A stretch of DNA of 38,848 nucleotides from a bacterium (GTDB lineage Bacteria; Patescibacteriota; Minisyncoccia; Minisyncoccales; JAGGXC01): positions 1 to 38,848 of the forward strand of contig JAGGWD010000001.1 in NCBI GenBank assembly GCA_021157625.1. Reading direction: 5' to 3'. The notes under the pieces were generated by a model that saw nothing but the letters and a program-made list of their open reading frames with translations, did not search any database and was not told where the DNA came from. Shown here in pieces: positions 29,059 to 37,936 of this stretch; the first letter of the stretch is position 1, and the number at the start of each line of letters is the position of its first letter. A program made the translations under genes and the position numbers.

Positions 29059-30324
29059 CTACATCTTTTTGAGCAGCTTTGCTATTCGTCTCGCATCTTC
29101 TTCAGAAATATTTATGTGGGTAGGTAAATTAATTATTCTTTTTGCTATATCCTCTGCGTTTTTGCACTCTCCCACCCTATATCTCATTTTCTCCAAATCA
29201 GTATCAGGAGGTACAATAGGAGTTTTTCGCCAACCATCGTCTAGTAGAATTTTTTTCTTTCTGGCTTCTCTCAAGATCTTATCTGTATCTTGGCCTTTCT
29301 TTATTAAGATTGGAAATCTCATAAAAATCCTTTTCGTGCCTTTCAGGCCTTCTTGAAATTCAAATCTATCCCTAAGTTCCTCTATATATATCTTAGCAAT
29401 TTTCTCTCTGTGATTGTTAAACTTCTCTAATTTCCTAAATTGATTAAGTGCCAAAATAGCTAAGGCATTAGGAAATTTCTTAGGAAAGTAAGAGGTAAGT
29501 TTCCCTCTTTTCTCTTCTTTGGAAACTGCCTTTGATAAAACCATTGTTAACTGAAGCGTATTTAAGATAATTTTACCAAAAGAAGGAAAGCGATAGGCGG
29601 GCAAGACCAAGTAATTTACCAAAACGGGATGGAGCAGTTGCTGAAGAATCCAAGATGACAGAGGAAAACTACATTTTTTCTGAAAATCCCTCACCTTTTT
29701 TCCTATTTCTGGATCATTGCTCACCACCATCCCTCCATAAACCGAAGAAATTATTTTATCTCTGCCAAAGCTAAAGAAAGCAGCTTTTCCAAACGTTCCT
29801 ACTTTTTTTCCTTTATACTCTGCGCCCAAGGAGTGAGCACAATCTTCGATTAAAATTAATTTATTTTTGTCGCATATTTTCAGAACCTCATCCATCCGTG
29901 CTGGCTGTCCAAAAGTATGCTGAACTACCACTACTTTGCTTCTCTCTGTAATTTTGTTTGCTAGATCTTCTGGATCTAAATTGAAACTCCTATCACAATC
30001 TACAAAAACAGGCCTTAGACCAAAATAAAGAATTGGGTTTACAGCAGCATTGCAAGTAAAAGCCTGAAGCAAAACTTCATCTCCTTCTTTTAGATCTAAA
30101 GACTTCAAAATAGCCAAAAAAGCTGACCTTCCACTATTAAAAGATACTGCTTCTTTTGCTTCAAAATAATTTTTAAATTCCTGCTCCAGAACAGAAATCT
30201 CTCCTCCTTTTCTCCACTTTCCCGGAGAAAAGATTAACTTCAATGCCAACTTTATATCATCTTCTTCGGTATTAGGAGAAAGAGAGATTGAAATAGGATA
30301 GGTGTTGAAAATTTTAAATTTCAT
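29059..30324 (-). CDS. DegT/DnrJ/EryC1/StrS PLP-dependent aminotransferase
   Basis: FNSGRSA, QHTFG, IEDCAHSLG, FSFGRDK, INLPTH. Confidence 0.92.
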   Translation of the reverse strand: MKFKIFNTYPISISLSPNTEEDDIKLALKLIFSPGKWRKGGEISVLEQEFKNYFEAKEAVSFNSGRSAFLAILKSLDLKEGDEVLLQAFTCNAAVNPILYFGLRPVFVDCDRSFNLDPEDLANKITERSKVVVVQHTFGQPARMDEVLKICDKNKLILIEDCAHSLGAEYKGKKVGTFGKAAFFSFGRDKIISSVYGGMVVSNDPEIGKKVRDFQKKCSFPLSSWILQQLLHPVLVNYLVLPAYRFPSFGKIILNTLQLTMVLSKAVSKEEKRGKLTSYFPKKFPNALAILALNQFRKLEKFNNHREKIAKIYIEELRDRFEFQEGLKGTKRIFMRFPILIKKGQDTDKILREARKKKILLDDGWRKTPIVPPDTDLEKMRYRVGECKNAEDIAKRIINLPTHINISEEDARRIAKLLKKM

Positions 30325-30351
30325 GATATACTCAACAAATGAGGTGGTAAT

Positions 30352-30654
30352 TTGACAAATAAATACATCCAGAAAACGAAGGATTTATTAAGAATAGGTA
30401 TCAAAAGACTATTGGATCTAGTCGCAATAATGGTAGGAGCAATATTTTTCTTTATTGGATGCATGGCTCTTTATGTATGGAATCCACTTATATTCTCGGC
30501 CATCACAAGAGGAATAATCGGAGCAATACTAACTGGCATAATAGCAGGTCTTTGTTTTGTGAGCTTAGGGGTCTGTTATGAGACAGCAATAACAGTAAGC
30601 TTTTTGCTAGCTCTTATCGTTTTCTTATTCTACCAGTTCTCCAGGATGAAGTAG
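30352..30654 (+). CDS. Small three-TM membrane protein
   Basis: Three hydrophobic segments; GAGGTG 5 nt before TTG; TTGAAA-16-TATACT promoter (30305-30332); own terminator. Confidence 0.7.
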   Translation: MTNKYIQKTKDLLRIGIKRLLDLVAIMVGAIFFFIGCMALYVWNPLIFSAITRGIIGAILTGIIAGLCFVSLGVCYETAITVSFLLALIVFLFYQFSRMK

Positions 30655-30677
30655 AACTTCAAAAATAATCTTTTTGA

Positions 30678-30705
30678 GAGAGGCTTTGAATAAGCCTCTT
30701 TTTTA
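30678..30705 (+). terminator. Intrinsic terminator of the three-TM ORF
   Basis: AGAGGCTT...AAGCCTCT followed by TTTTT. Confidence 0.7.
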
Positions 30706-32274
30706 TTAGAGCAATTCAAAAGCTCTATATAACTCTTTGGGAACTCTACTCTCAAGAAGGATTACATCCTCCCTTCCATTGAAACTCTTGAGTTTTTTAA
30801 AGATATCTTGAGATCTTTCCAAGAACAAAATTCTTTTTTCTTGCATCCCCTTTTCTATTGCTCCCCTTTTAATTGAATCAAAATAATCTTTGGTAGTAAT
30901 GATTGCAAGATCACAGACATTAGCTATCTCCTCCCCTATTCTTTTATGAACTGCATCAGCTTCTGGTCCTAATTCTATCAAACATGGCATAACGATTGCT
31001 TTCTTTCCCTTCCACACTTTGAGATAATCAAGATGAGCAAGCACTCCATCAGGATTTGCAGAGTAAGTAGCATCAACAATATTAAATCCTTTTATTTTAA
31101 TCAATTCCATTCCTCGCTTAAGTGGTTTAATCTTTCTACATGCCATGGATATTTCCTCCAAACTCATTCCCATTTCTTGAGCAACCAGAATTGCCATCAA
31201 AATATTATCTATCCAGTGTTTTCCTAATAGGTTAATTTTGAATTTTGATTGAGAGCTTTTTGTTAAAACTTTAAAAGAAATAAAATCTTTACCTACTTCA
31301 ATATCTTCTGCCCAAATATCTCTATTAGTCATTTTTTTGGAAATCTTTGTTTTCTCAAAAAGATCTCGACAATATTGATTATTTCCATTAAAAACTGCTA
31401 GCCCATCAGGGGGAAGACTTTCAATCAGTTCATATTTTGTCTTTATGATACTCTCAAGCGAACCAAAAGTGGCCAAATGCTGTTGATTTATACCTGTTAA
31501 AATCCCAATTTTTGGTTTTGCAATATCGGTCAAAAGTTTAATGCCCCCTTGATTATAAGCCCCCATTTCACAAACAAAAATTTGGTGACTCTTTGATAAA
31601 TCATTAAGTATGCACTGAGAAATACCTACTTCAGAATTTTGATGCTCTTTAGTTCTCAGTACTCTAAATTTCTCCGATAAAATATCAGCAAGAAACTCCT
31701 TGGTAGATGTTTTACCGTAACTTCCAGTTATTCCAACCACTATCAGATCCTTGAATTTATTTCTTTTATCTGTGGCTTTTGCAATAATTTTTTTTCTCCA
31801 AGAAATAGCAATAGGTTCTACACTCAATACTAATCCAGAAACAAATAAAGGAGCTAGAAGATCTAGAGTTATTAGGCAATGATAGAAGAATCTTTGAGCA
31901 ATTGGTGAAAGGACTAGTAAACTTCCAAAAACAATCTCAAAAATAATTCCTACACACAATATCAAGAAGGTTTTTTTGGTAATCACAGGCATCAGGAGTT
32001 TTTTTCTGAATAAGGCAAAAAAAACAAAAAGGGCTTCTCCAAAAAATACAATTACAGTTAAATAAGAAAATAAAATAGTTCTGAAAAAAAGCCCAATTAA
32101 AACAAACAATTTAAGAAAAACAATTTTTGTTCTAATCAATTTTTTACCCTTCTCTGTATGAAAATGTGCCTTAAATCTTCCTATATGATATTCTTTTAAT
32201 TGCCAAAGCCAAACCCACAAAAATAACTTTTTTGTAAAAACAATCATCCATAAAATAAGAGCTACGATTTGCAT
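30706..32274 (-). CDS. murF: MurF-like Mur ligase with N-terminal multi-TM extension
   Basis: GITGSYGKTSTKE, CEMGAY, QHLATFGS, DATYSANP, IELG; N-terminal WQLKEY plus TM helices. Confidence 0.8.
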   Translation of the reverse strand: MQIVALILWMIVFTKKLFLWVWLWQLKEYHIGRFKAHFHTEKGKKLIRTKIVFLKLFVLIGLFFRTILFSYLTVIVFFGEALFVFFALFRKKLLMPVITKKTFLILCVGIIFEIVFGSLLVLSPIAQRFFYHCLITLDLLAPLFVSGLVLSVEPIAISWRKKIIAKATDKRNKFKDLIVVGITGSYGKTSTKEFLADILSEKFRVLRTKEHQNSEVGISQCILNDLSKSHQIFVCEMGAYNQGGIKLLTDIAKPKIGILTGINQQHLATFGSLESIIKTKYELIESLPPDGLAVFNGNNQYCRDLFEKTKISKKMTNRDIWAEDIEVGKDFISFKVLTKSSQSKFKINLLGKHWIDNILMAILVAQEMGMSLEEISMACRKIKPLKRGMELIKIKGFNIVDATYSANPDGVLAHLDYLKVWKGKKAIVMPCLIELGPEADAVHKRIGEEIANVCDLAIITTKDYFDSIKRGAIEKGMQEKRILFLERSQDIFKKLKSFNGREDVILLESRVPKELYRAFELL

Positions 32275-32279
32275 ATTTT

Positions 32280-32975
32280 TTATTCCTCAATAAAATTTAT
32301 AATCTTTTGAGACAGGAGATCGGGACATTCCAGGTAGGGAGCATGTCCGATATTCTTCAAAACTTCCAGCCTAGAGTTTTTTATTTTTTCATTTATCAAA
32401 TAAGCATCAAAAATAGGAGTAATCTTGTCTTTGTCTCCCCATATGATTAAAGTTTTGGTCTTTATCTGAGAAAGACAAGGTCTAAGATCTTCTTTAACGA
32501 CTTCTTTTAGGGTTTCTTTCATAACTCCTTTTGCTTGAAGATAGTCTGGGTTTCTTACAACAAATTTATAAAAAAATCTACGCAGGGTATTATAGTATGG
32601 TAAAAAAGAAAATTTTTTAAAAAAGGGGACAAAGCAAGAAAGAAGCTTCTTTTTTGGTTTTATACCTGCCGCAGAAACCAATATCAATCCTTTTAACCTT
32701 TCTGGAAATTTTTGAGCAAATTTTATAGAAATCCTTCCTCCAAACGAATGTCCTAGCAAAAAAAATTTTTCTTTATCTTTAGAAAACTCCCAGAACCAAT
32801 CAACATAATCTTTAAGAGACCATGGCTTTTTGAGTTTCTTTCCTTCTCCCAAACCAGGAATTGCAGGAATAATTACTTCTATTCCTTTGTCTTCGAGTTT
32901 CTCTTTTACTTGCTTCCATTTCTCTCTTGAACTTCCCCACCCATGGAGAATAATAATCGTTTGACAATCTTGCAT
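32280..32975 (-). CDS. Alpha/beta hydrolase
   Basis: LHGWG, GHSFGG, IWGDKD, GH catalytic-triad motifs. Confidence 0.93.
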   Translation of the reverse strand: MQDCQTIIILHGWGSSREKWKQVKEKLEDKGIEVIIPAIPGLGEGKKLKKPWSLKDYVDWFWEFSKDKEKFFLLGHSFGGRISIKFAQKFPERLKGLILVSAAGIKPKKKLLSCFVPFFKKFSFLPYYNTLRRFFYKFVVRNPDYLQAKGVMKETLKEVVKEDLRPCLSQIKTKTLIIWGDKDKITPIFDAYLINEKIKNSRLEVLKNIGHAPYLECPDLLSQKIINFIEE

Positions 32976-32989
32976 AATTGTTTTATAAT
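32961..32989 (+). promoter_or_regulatory. Perfect sigma70 promoter of the inserted membrane ORF
   Basis: TTGACA-17-TATAAT, overlapping the hydrolase start codon region on the other strand. Confidence 0.75.
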
Positions 32990-33007
32990 CTAAAATGGAG
33001 GGATAAA

Positions 33008-33334
33008 TTGAAAAGAAAAAAATATTTGGAGAGAAAAATCGAAATTTTTATAGAGTTGCTGAGGCCCGATCTAGATCCAGAAGTTGTGGAAAGATGTGCG
33101 CATGAGTGTGCTAGATTAACTCGCTTCATTCTTCTGATTGGTTTATTGTTCTCAATAGGATCTATAGCATATGGAACGTTTATAATGAAATTCTTTTTCC
33201 CAAACAACATTCCGTTCCAAAGCATAATGCTATTGAATCTTCCTTGGTTGATAGGCTTTATCCTCGGCCCAGCAATCTATAAAATTTTCCTGCCCAAGTA
33301 TAAAGAAATATATAACAAATATTTTATGCGCTGA
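33008..33334 (+). CDS. Small two-TM membrane protein
   Basis: GGAGG 6 nt before in-frame TTG 33008; two hydrophobic helices. Confidence 0.7.
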   Translation: MKRKKYLERKIEIFIELLRPDLDPEVVERCAHECARLTRFILLIGLLFSIGSIAYGTFIMKFFFPNNIPFQSIMLLNLPWLIGFILGPAIYKIFLPKYKEIYNKYFMR

Positions 33335-33342
33335 GAGTATTA

Positions 33343-34617
33343 TCAGCGCTTTCTTTTTTTAATTACACTAAAGTTCAAATATTTTCTAAGAACAGATGGT
33401 ACTTTAATACTTCCATCTTTTTGCTGATAATTCTCAATGATAGCAATAAGCGTTCTTCCAATAGCAAATGCCGTTCCGTTGAGAGTATGAACAAATTTAA
33501 GTTTATTGGATTTTTTGTCTTTATAACGGATATTTAAACGGCGCGCCTGAAAATCAGTACAGTTAGAAGTCGAATGAGTTTCTCTCCAACGGCCCTGTGA
33601 TGGCATCCAGGCCTCGATATCGTATTTTGCTGCTGCAGGATCACCTAGATCTCCGGTACAAATCTCAACCACTCTATAGGGAATCTTCAAAAGTTTCATC
33701 AATCTTTCTTCCAAACTCAGAAAGAATTGATGTTCGTAAACAGATTTCTCAGGATGAGCAAAACTAAACATCTCTACTCCATCAAATTGATGAACCCTAA
33801 AAATACCCCACGTCTCCCTTCCATAAGACCCTGCTTCTCTTCTAAACCATGTAGAGAAACCTACATATCTTATAGGTAACTGTTTTTCTTCAAAAATCTC
33901 TCCTGCGTGCATAGCGCCTATAATTTGCTCTGTTGTTCCTGCTAAATACAAATTATCTTTCTCAATATAATAAATCTCATCCCTACCTCTTTCTACATAT
34001 CCCATTCCTCTCATCATTTCAGGTTTTATCATTACAGGAGTAACAAGAGGTATGAAACCTTCTTGGATCAATTGATCAAAAGCAAAATTAATTAATGCGA
34101 ATTCTAAAAGAACTGCCTCTTTTTTAAGAAAACCAAACCGGGTCCCCGCTACCTTTGCTGCTCTTTTTATATCTATCAAATCAAGTTCTTGCGCTAACTC
34201 CAAATAATCACGGGGAGGAAAATTGAATTCGGGTTTTTTCCCAACCTCTCTCAATACAACGTTCTCTGATTCATCTTTCCCTACAGGAACACTTTCCAGC
34301 GGCAAATTAGGAACCTGTAATAATAACTCATTTAGTTCTTTATCAATTTTATTAAATTTTTCTTTAAGAGCATCTTCTTTTTTATCGATCTTTTTCATTT
34401 CAGAAATAATTTTCTTTTTTTCTTGCTGAGATTTAACGGAAGCAATGATTTTGCTTGCTTTATTCTTTTCTGCACGGAGTTTTTCTAATTCTGTGAGCAT
34501 TTCTCTTCGTTTCTTGTCTAACTCAATAATTCGATCAATATCAACTTCCACACCTTTATTACGACACCCTTTTTTAACTAATTCTTTATTTTCTCGAATA
34601 AATTTAATGTCAAGCAT
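33343..34617 (-). CDS. serS: Seryl-tRNA synthetase
   Basis: MLDIKFIREN coiled coil, FRREAG, RVHQF, SNCTDFQARR, HTLNGT. Confidence 0.97.
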   Translation of the reverse strand: MLDIKFIRENKELVKKGCRNKGVEVDIDRIIELDKKRREMLTELEKLRAEKNKASKIIASVKSQQEKKKIISEMKKIDKKEDALKEKFNKIDKELNELLLQVPNLPLESVPVGKDESENVVLREVGKKPEFNFPPRDYLELAQELDLIDIKRAAKVAGTRFGFLKKEAVLLEFALINFAFDQLIQEGFIPLVTPVMIKPEMMRGMGYVERGRDEIYYIEKDNLYLAGTTEQIIGAMHAGEIFEEKQLPIRYVGFSTWFRREAGSYGRETWGIFRVHQFDGVEMFSFAHPEKSVYEHQFFLSLEERLMKLLKIPYRVVEICTGDLGDPAAAKYDIEAWMPSQGRWRETHSTSNCTDFQARRLNIRYKDKKSNKLKFVHTLNGTAFAIGRTLIAIIENYQQKDGSIKVPSVLRKYLNFSVIKKRKR

Positions 34618-34618
34618 A

Positions 34619-36082
34619 TTATTTTTTGGGACGCATTGTAGGAAACAAAATTATTTCTCGCAAGCTATAAGCATCTGTCAACAAAGCTACTAATCTATCG
34701 ATTCCCATTCCAAAACCAGCACATGGAGGCATTCCGTACTCTAATGCCTCAATGAAATCTTCATCCATTCTCTGAGCTTCTTTAAATCCTTGCTTATACA
34801 TCTTTTCTTGTTCTTCAAAGCGTTTTCTCTGTTCAATAGGATCATTTAACTCTGAAAATGCATTAACAAGTTCCCATCCTCCTACAATTACTTGGAAATT
34901 AGCTAATTTTTTAGGATTGCTCTCTAGTTGCTTGGCTAAAGGAAATGCTCCTATTGGATGATGAATCACAAAGGTGGGATTTATAATATCATTTCTGCAG
35001 ACTTTTTTGTAAATTTTATCAGCAATCTCTGCTTTTCCTTCTCCTTTTTCAATCTTTATTCCTAATTTCTCTGCTTCCTTTTTTAGAGCCTCAATATGAA
35101 TCTCATCAATGTTTATCTTGGTTTTCTTTCTCAAAAGATGAGAAAACTCTATTCTTGGCCAAGGAGGAGTAAAGTCAATAACTTTGTTCTGATATTTAAT
35201 CTTGAGGGACTTCTTCACCTTCTTGACTATTGTCTTGAACATCTCTTCTGTAAACTTCATCAATTCTTTGTAATCAATGTAGGCCCAATAAAACTCGAGC
35301 ATAGTAAAGTCAGGATTATGAAACCTATCAATTCCTTCATTTCTAAAACATTTTCCAATCTCATAAATCTTTCCAAATCCTCCCACTATTAATCTTTTCA
35401 AATAGAGCTCCAATGAAATCCTCAAATATAAATCAATATCTAAAGCGTTGAGATGAGTCTTAAATGGCTGTGCTTTTGCTCCCCCATAGATTGGCTGCAG
35501 GATAGGAGTTTCTACTTCCAAAAATCCATTTTTCTCAAGAAATCTTCTAATCTCTCTTATAATCTGGGACCGTTTCTCAAACCTCTTTTTAACTTCAGGA
35601 TTGAATATCAAATCGAGGTATCTTTTTCTATATCTTTCTTCCACATCTTTTAATCCGTGCCATTTTTCTGGCAAAGGCAAGAGACTCTTTGTAAGCATTC
35701 TAAAATCGGATACCTGAATTGTCTTTTCTCCTCTCTTTGTCTTGAAAAGAAATCCTTTTACTTCAATAAAATCTCCTATATCAAAATTATTAAGAAAAAA
35801 CTTATATGCTTTTTGGCCTAATACATCCTTTCTAAAATAAGCCTGAATTTTTCCTGTCTCATCTCCAAAATGAATAAAAGTAGATCCTCCATGTTCTCGG
35901 ATAGAGTATATTCTTCCTGCCAGGATTATTTCTTCTTTCTTTCTAGCTAACTTCTTAAAATCTCGACACGCCTTCTTTATCAAATGAGTTCTCTTACTTT
36001 TAGAAGGATATGGATTTATCCTCAAATCTTTAAGCCTCTTTAGCTTTTTTAATCTATTTTCTCTGATATTTGAAAGTGACAT
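34619..36082 (-). CDS. lysS: Lysyl-tRNA synthetase class II
   Basis: PLPEKWHGL, EVETP, FRNEG, HNPDFTMLEFY, YGMPP, GIDRL. Confidence 0.98.
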   Translation of the reverse strand: MSLSNIRENRLKKLKRLKDLRINPYPSKSKRTHLIKKACRDFKKLARKKEEIILAGRIYSIREHGGSTFIHFGDETGKIQAYFRKDVLGQKAYKFFLNNFDIGDFIEVKGFLFKTKRGEKTIQVSDFRMLTKSLLPLPEKWHGLKDVEERYRKRYLDLIFNPEVKKRFEKRSQIIREIRRFLEKNGFLEVETPILQPIYGGAKAQPFKTHLNALDIDLYLRISLELYLKRLIVGGFGKIYEIGKCFRNEGIDRFHNPDFTMLEFYWAYIDYKELMKFTEEMFKTIVKKVKKSLKIKYQNKVIDFTPPWPRIEFSHLLRKKTKINIDEIHIEALKKEAEKLGIKIEKGEGKAEIADKIYKKVCRNDIINPTFVIHHPIGAFPLAKQLESNPKKLANFQVIVGGWELVNAFSELNDPIEQRKRFEEQEKMYKQGFKEAQRMDEDFIEALEYGMPPCAGFGMGIDRLVALLTDAYSLREIILFPTMRPKK

Positions 36083-36114
36083 ATTCTTTTATTTTACTTT
36101 ATTTAAAAGAAGAG

Positions 36115-36144
36115 TTCAACACAGCCAATATTGGCTGTGTTGAA
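36115..36144. repeat. Perfect 30-bp palindrome (terminator or operator) overlapping the lysS -35
   Basis: TTCAACACAGCCAATATTGGCTGTGTTGAA equals its own reverse complement. Confidence 0.85.
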
Positions 36145-36202
36145 GAATTCAAAACCCAACGACTTAAAGTAAAGGGGAGTCTTGTCTTGTTTTCTCTTTT
36201 TT

Positions 36203-36883
36203 CTATTCCTTCATCTTATTCTTTAAATCCTGTAATATCTCAGCAGCTACATCTTTTCCTCCCAAACCAAATGCAAGACCTCCAGCGATAACAAGAAAAG
36301 CAACAAATCCTGTAAAGAGAGTCATGATTATCTCTTCGGCTACTTTTAGCTGGACAAGAATGGCCACAATTGCCATTATCCAAATCGCCCATCTGACTAT
36401 CTTCTCTATAAAGTTAGAATATTTTATCTGCATTCCTTCAACGGCTGCTCTGATCACTTTTGGAAGATATTCAGCAACAATTACTGCAACTACAAAAATT
36501 GCTGCTGCTGCTACTACATTCGGAAGCCAACCAACGAAATCAGAGAAAAATTCAGGATAATATGGTCCTAATAAAATCTTGGCTGCAGCAGTCAAGAAAA
36601 CGATAAATAATACCCATTTAACAAGCGCTCCTATAAAACCTGAAGGGCTTACCTTCCATTTAGCCTTTGCCAAAGCTTCTTTCCATGCTCCACCTTCAAA
36701 CAATTTATCAAATTTTACTCGCTTGAGAATCTCGGCAACCAGCTTTCCAATAGCAAGCGCCACAAACCATCCAACAATAATTACTATAATTGATCCAATC
36801 AATTCAGGAACAAAATTTCGGAAACTCACCCATAACCCCTTTAAACTATTCAAAATAATTGTAGCCCAGTTTTCTACTGTCAT
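36203..36883 (-). CDS. CmpX-like membrane protein (conserved TM-helix repeats, MscS-related)
   Basis: FVPELIGSIIVIIVGW.VA, WLPNVVAA, LAFGLGGKD.A. Confidence 0.85.
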   Translation of the reverse strand: MTVENWATIILNSLKGLWVSFRNFVPELIGSIIVIIVGWFVALAIGKLVAEILKRVKFDKLFEGGAWKEALAKAKWKVSPSGFIGALVKWVLFIVFLTAAAKILLGPYYPEFFSDFVGWLPNVVAAAAIFVVAVIVAEYLPKVIRAAVEGMQIKYSNFIEKIVRWAIWIMAIVAILVQLKVAEEIIMTLFTGFVAFLVIAGGLAFGLGGKDVAAEILQDLKNKMKE

Positions 36884-36997
36884 TTTTAATACTCTGAATT
36901 TAAATTAATTTTCGACCTTTAGTTTGATTGATTAAATATATTATAACACTTATTAAATTTCAATTTAATAAGGTAAATAATTTTTCTGTGGATAATT

Positions 36998-37648
36998 TTA
37001 CTCCACCAACATTATTGAATAATCAAACTCTTGAGACCAATCTCGGCATTGTCCATTCTGATATTCTGCCACTGTACATATACCATCAGGTCCTGGATCA
37101 CCACACACTGCTCGAGAAAGCTTGATAGTAGAAGGAAGGGGCATTCCTTCTTCCGGCAAATCTGCAGGAACATATGCTTCAAGATTGCTAACAGCGATTA
37201 CTGCAAAAGGTCTATCAACATTCCTACACGTGGGAGAAGATTCATCGCATATACAATAACCAGCTGTCTCATAGCGATAGTAAGCGTAAAAATAATTACC
37301 AGGACGAGGACCAAAAAAACTAAAACCTTCAACTCTTCTATTGATAGGATCTACAGGAACCTTTGGTAGATATTGAGAAAGATACTCCATAAATTCTTCA
37401 GGATCTTGATCACTTGTCTCCCATCCCCCATGACCGCAAGGACAAGTTCTTGTTGGATAATGTTGATTTTCTATCCAATAAAGCTGAAGCGCTTTGATAA
37501 TTTGATTTATTTCTTGAAGCCTTTTTGTATCACGCGCTTTTTCTCTTACCGATCTCATTGTTGTTAAAGTAAGAATGATAATTAAAACAGCAATAGTAAT
37601 TGCAACCAAAAGTTCAATAACAGTAAATGCTCTTTTTCGCGCACTCAT
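36998..37648 (-). CDS. Type IV pilin / pseudopilin-like protein with Cys-rich domain
   Basis: Prepilin site KRA/FTVIELL, hydrophobic helix, AR(D)..R....I..AL.LY.....YP. Confidence 0.85.
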   Translation of the reverse strand: MSARKRAFTVIELLVAITIAVLIIILTLTTMRSVREKARDTKRLQEINQIIKALQLYWIENQHYPTRTCPCGHGGWETSDQDPEEFMEYLSQYLPKVPVDPINRRVEGFSFFGPRPGNYFYAYYRYETAGYCICDESSPTCRNVDRPFAVIAVSNLEAYVPADLPEEGMPLPSTIKLSRAVCGDPGPDGICTVAEYQNGQCRDWSQEFDYSIMLVE

Positions 37649-37745
37649 TATGTTAATCTTAATTACTTAATTATAACAGAAAAAGAATTAACAAATAAGA
37701 CTACATAAGTAAAATTCTTATTTTTGAGGCTCATTTTCACCAAAC

Positions 37746-37771
37746 AAAAAAACTCTGCTTTAAGCAGAGTT
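37746..37771 (-). terminator. Intrinsic terminator directly after tRNA-Ala
   Basis: AACTCTGCTT/AAGCAGAGTT hairpin followed by a U-run on the minus strand. Confidence 0.8.
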
Positions 37772-37779
37772 GTTATTTG

Positions 37780-37853
37780 TGGACCCGAGCGGACTCGAAC
37801 CGCTGACCTCCTCATTGCAAATGAGGCGTTCTAGCCAACTGAACTACGGGCCC
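37780..37853 (-). tRNA. tRNA-Ala(UGC)
   Basis: GGGCCCG/CGGGTCC with G3:U70; loop TTTGCAA. Confidence 0.97.
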
Positions 37854-37863
37854 GACTTATAAG

Positions 37864-37936
37864 TGGGCGTGGGAGGAATCGAACCTCCGACCTCTTCTTT
37901 ATCAGAGAAGCGCTCTAACCACTGAGCCACACGCCC
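37864..37936 (-). tRNA. tRNA-Ile(GAU)
   Basis: GGGCGTG/CACGCCC stem; loop CTGATAA. Confidence 0.97.

Noticed and set aside
36987-36995. Perfect DnaA box (TGTGGATAA), with a one-mismatch copy near 37996
   Set aside because: Isolated boxes with no cluster; not enough to call an origin or a regulatory site.
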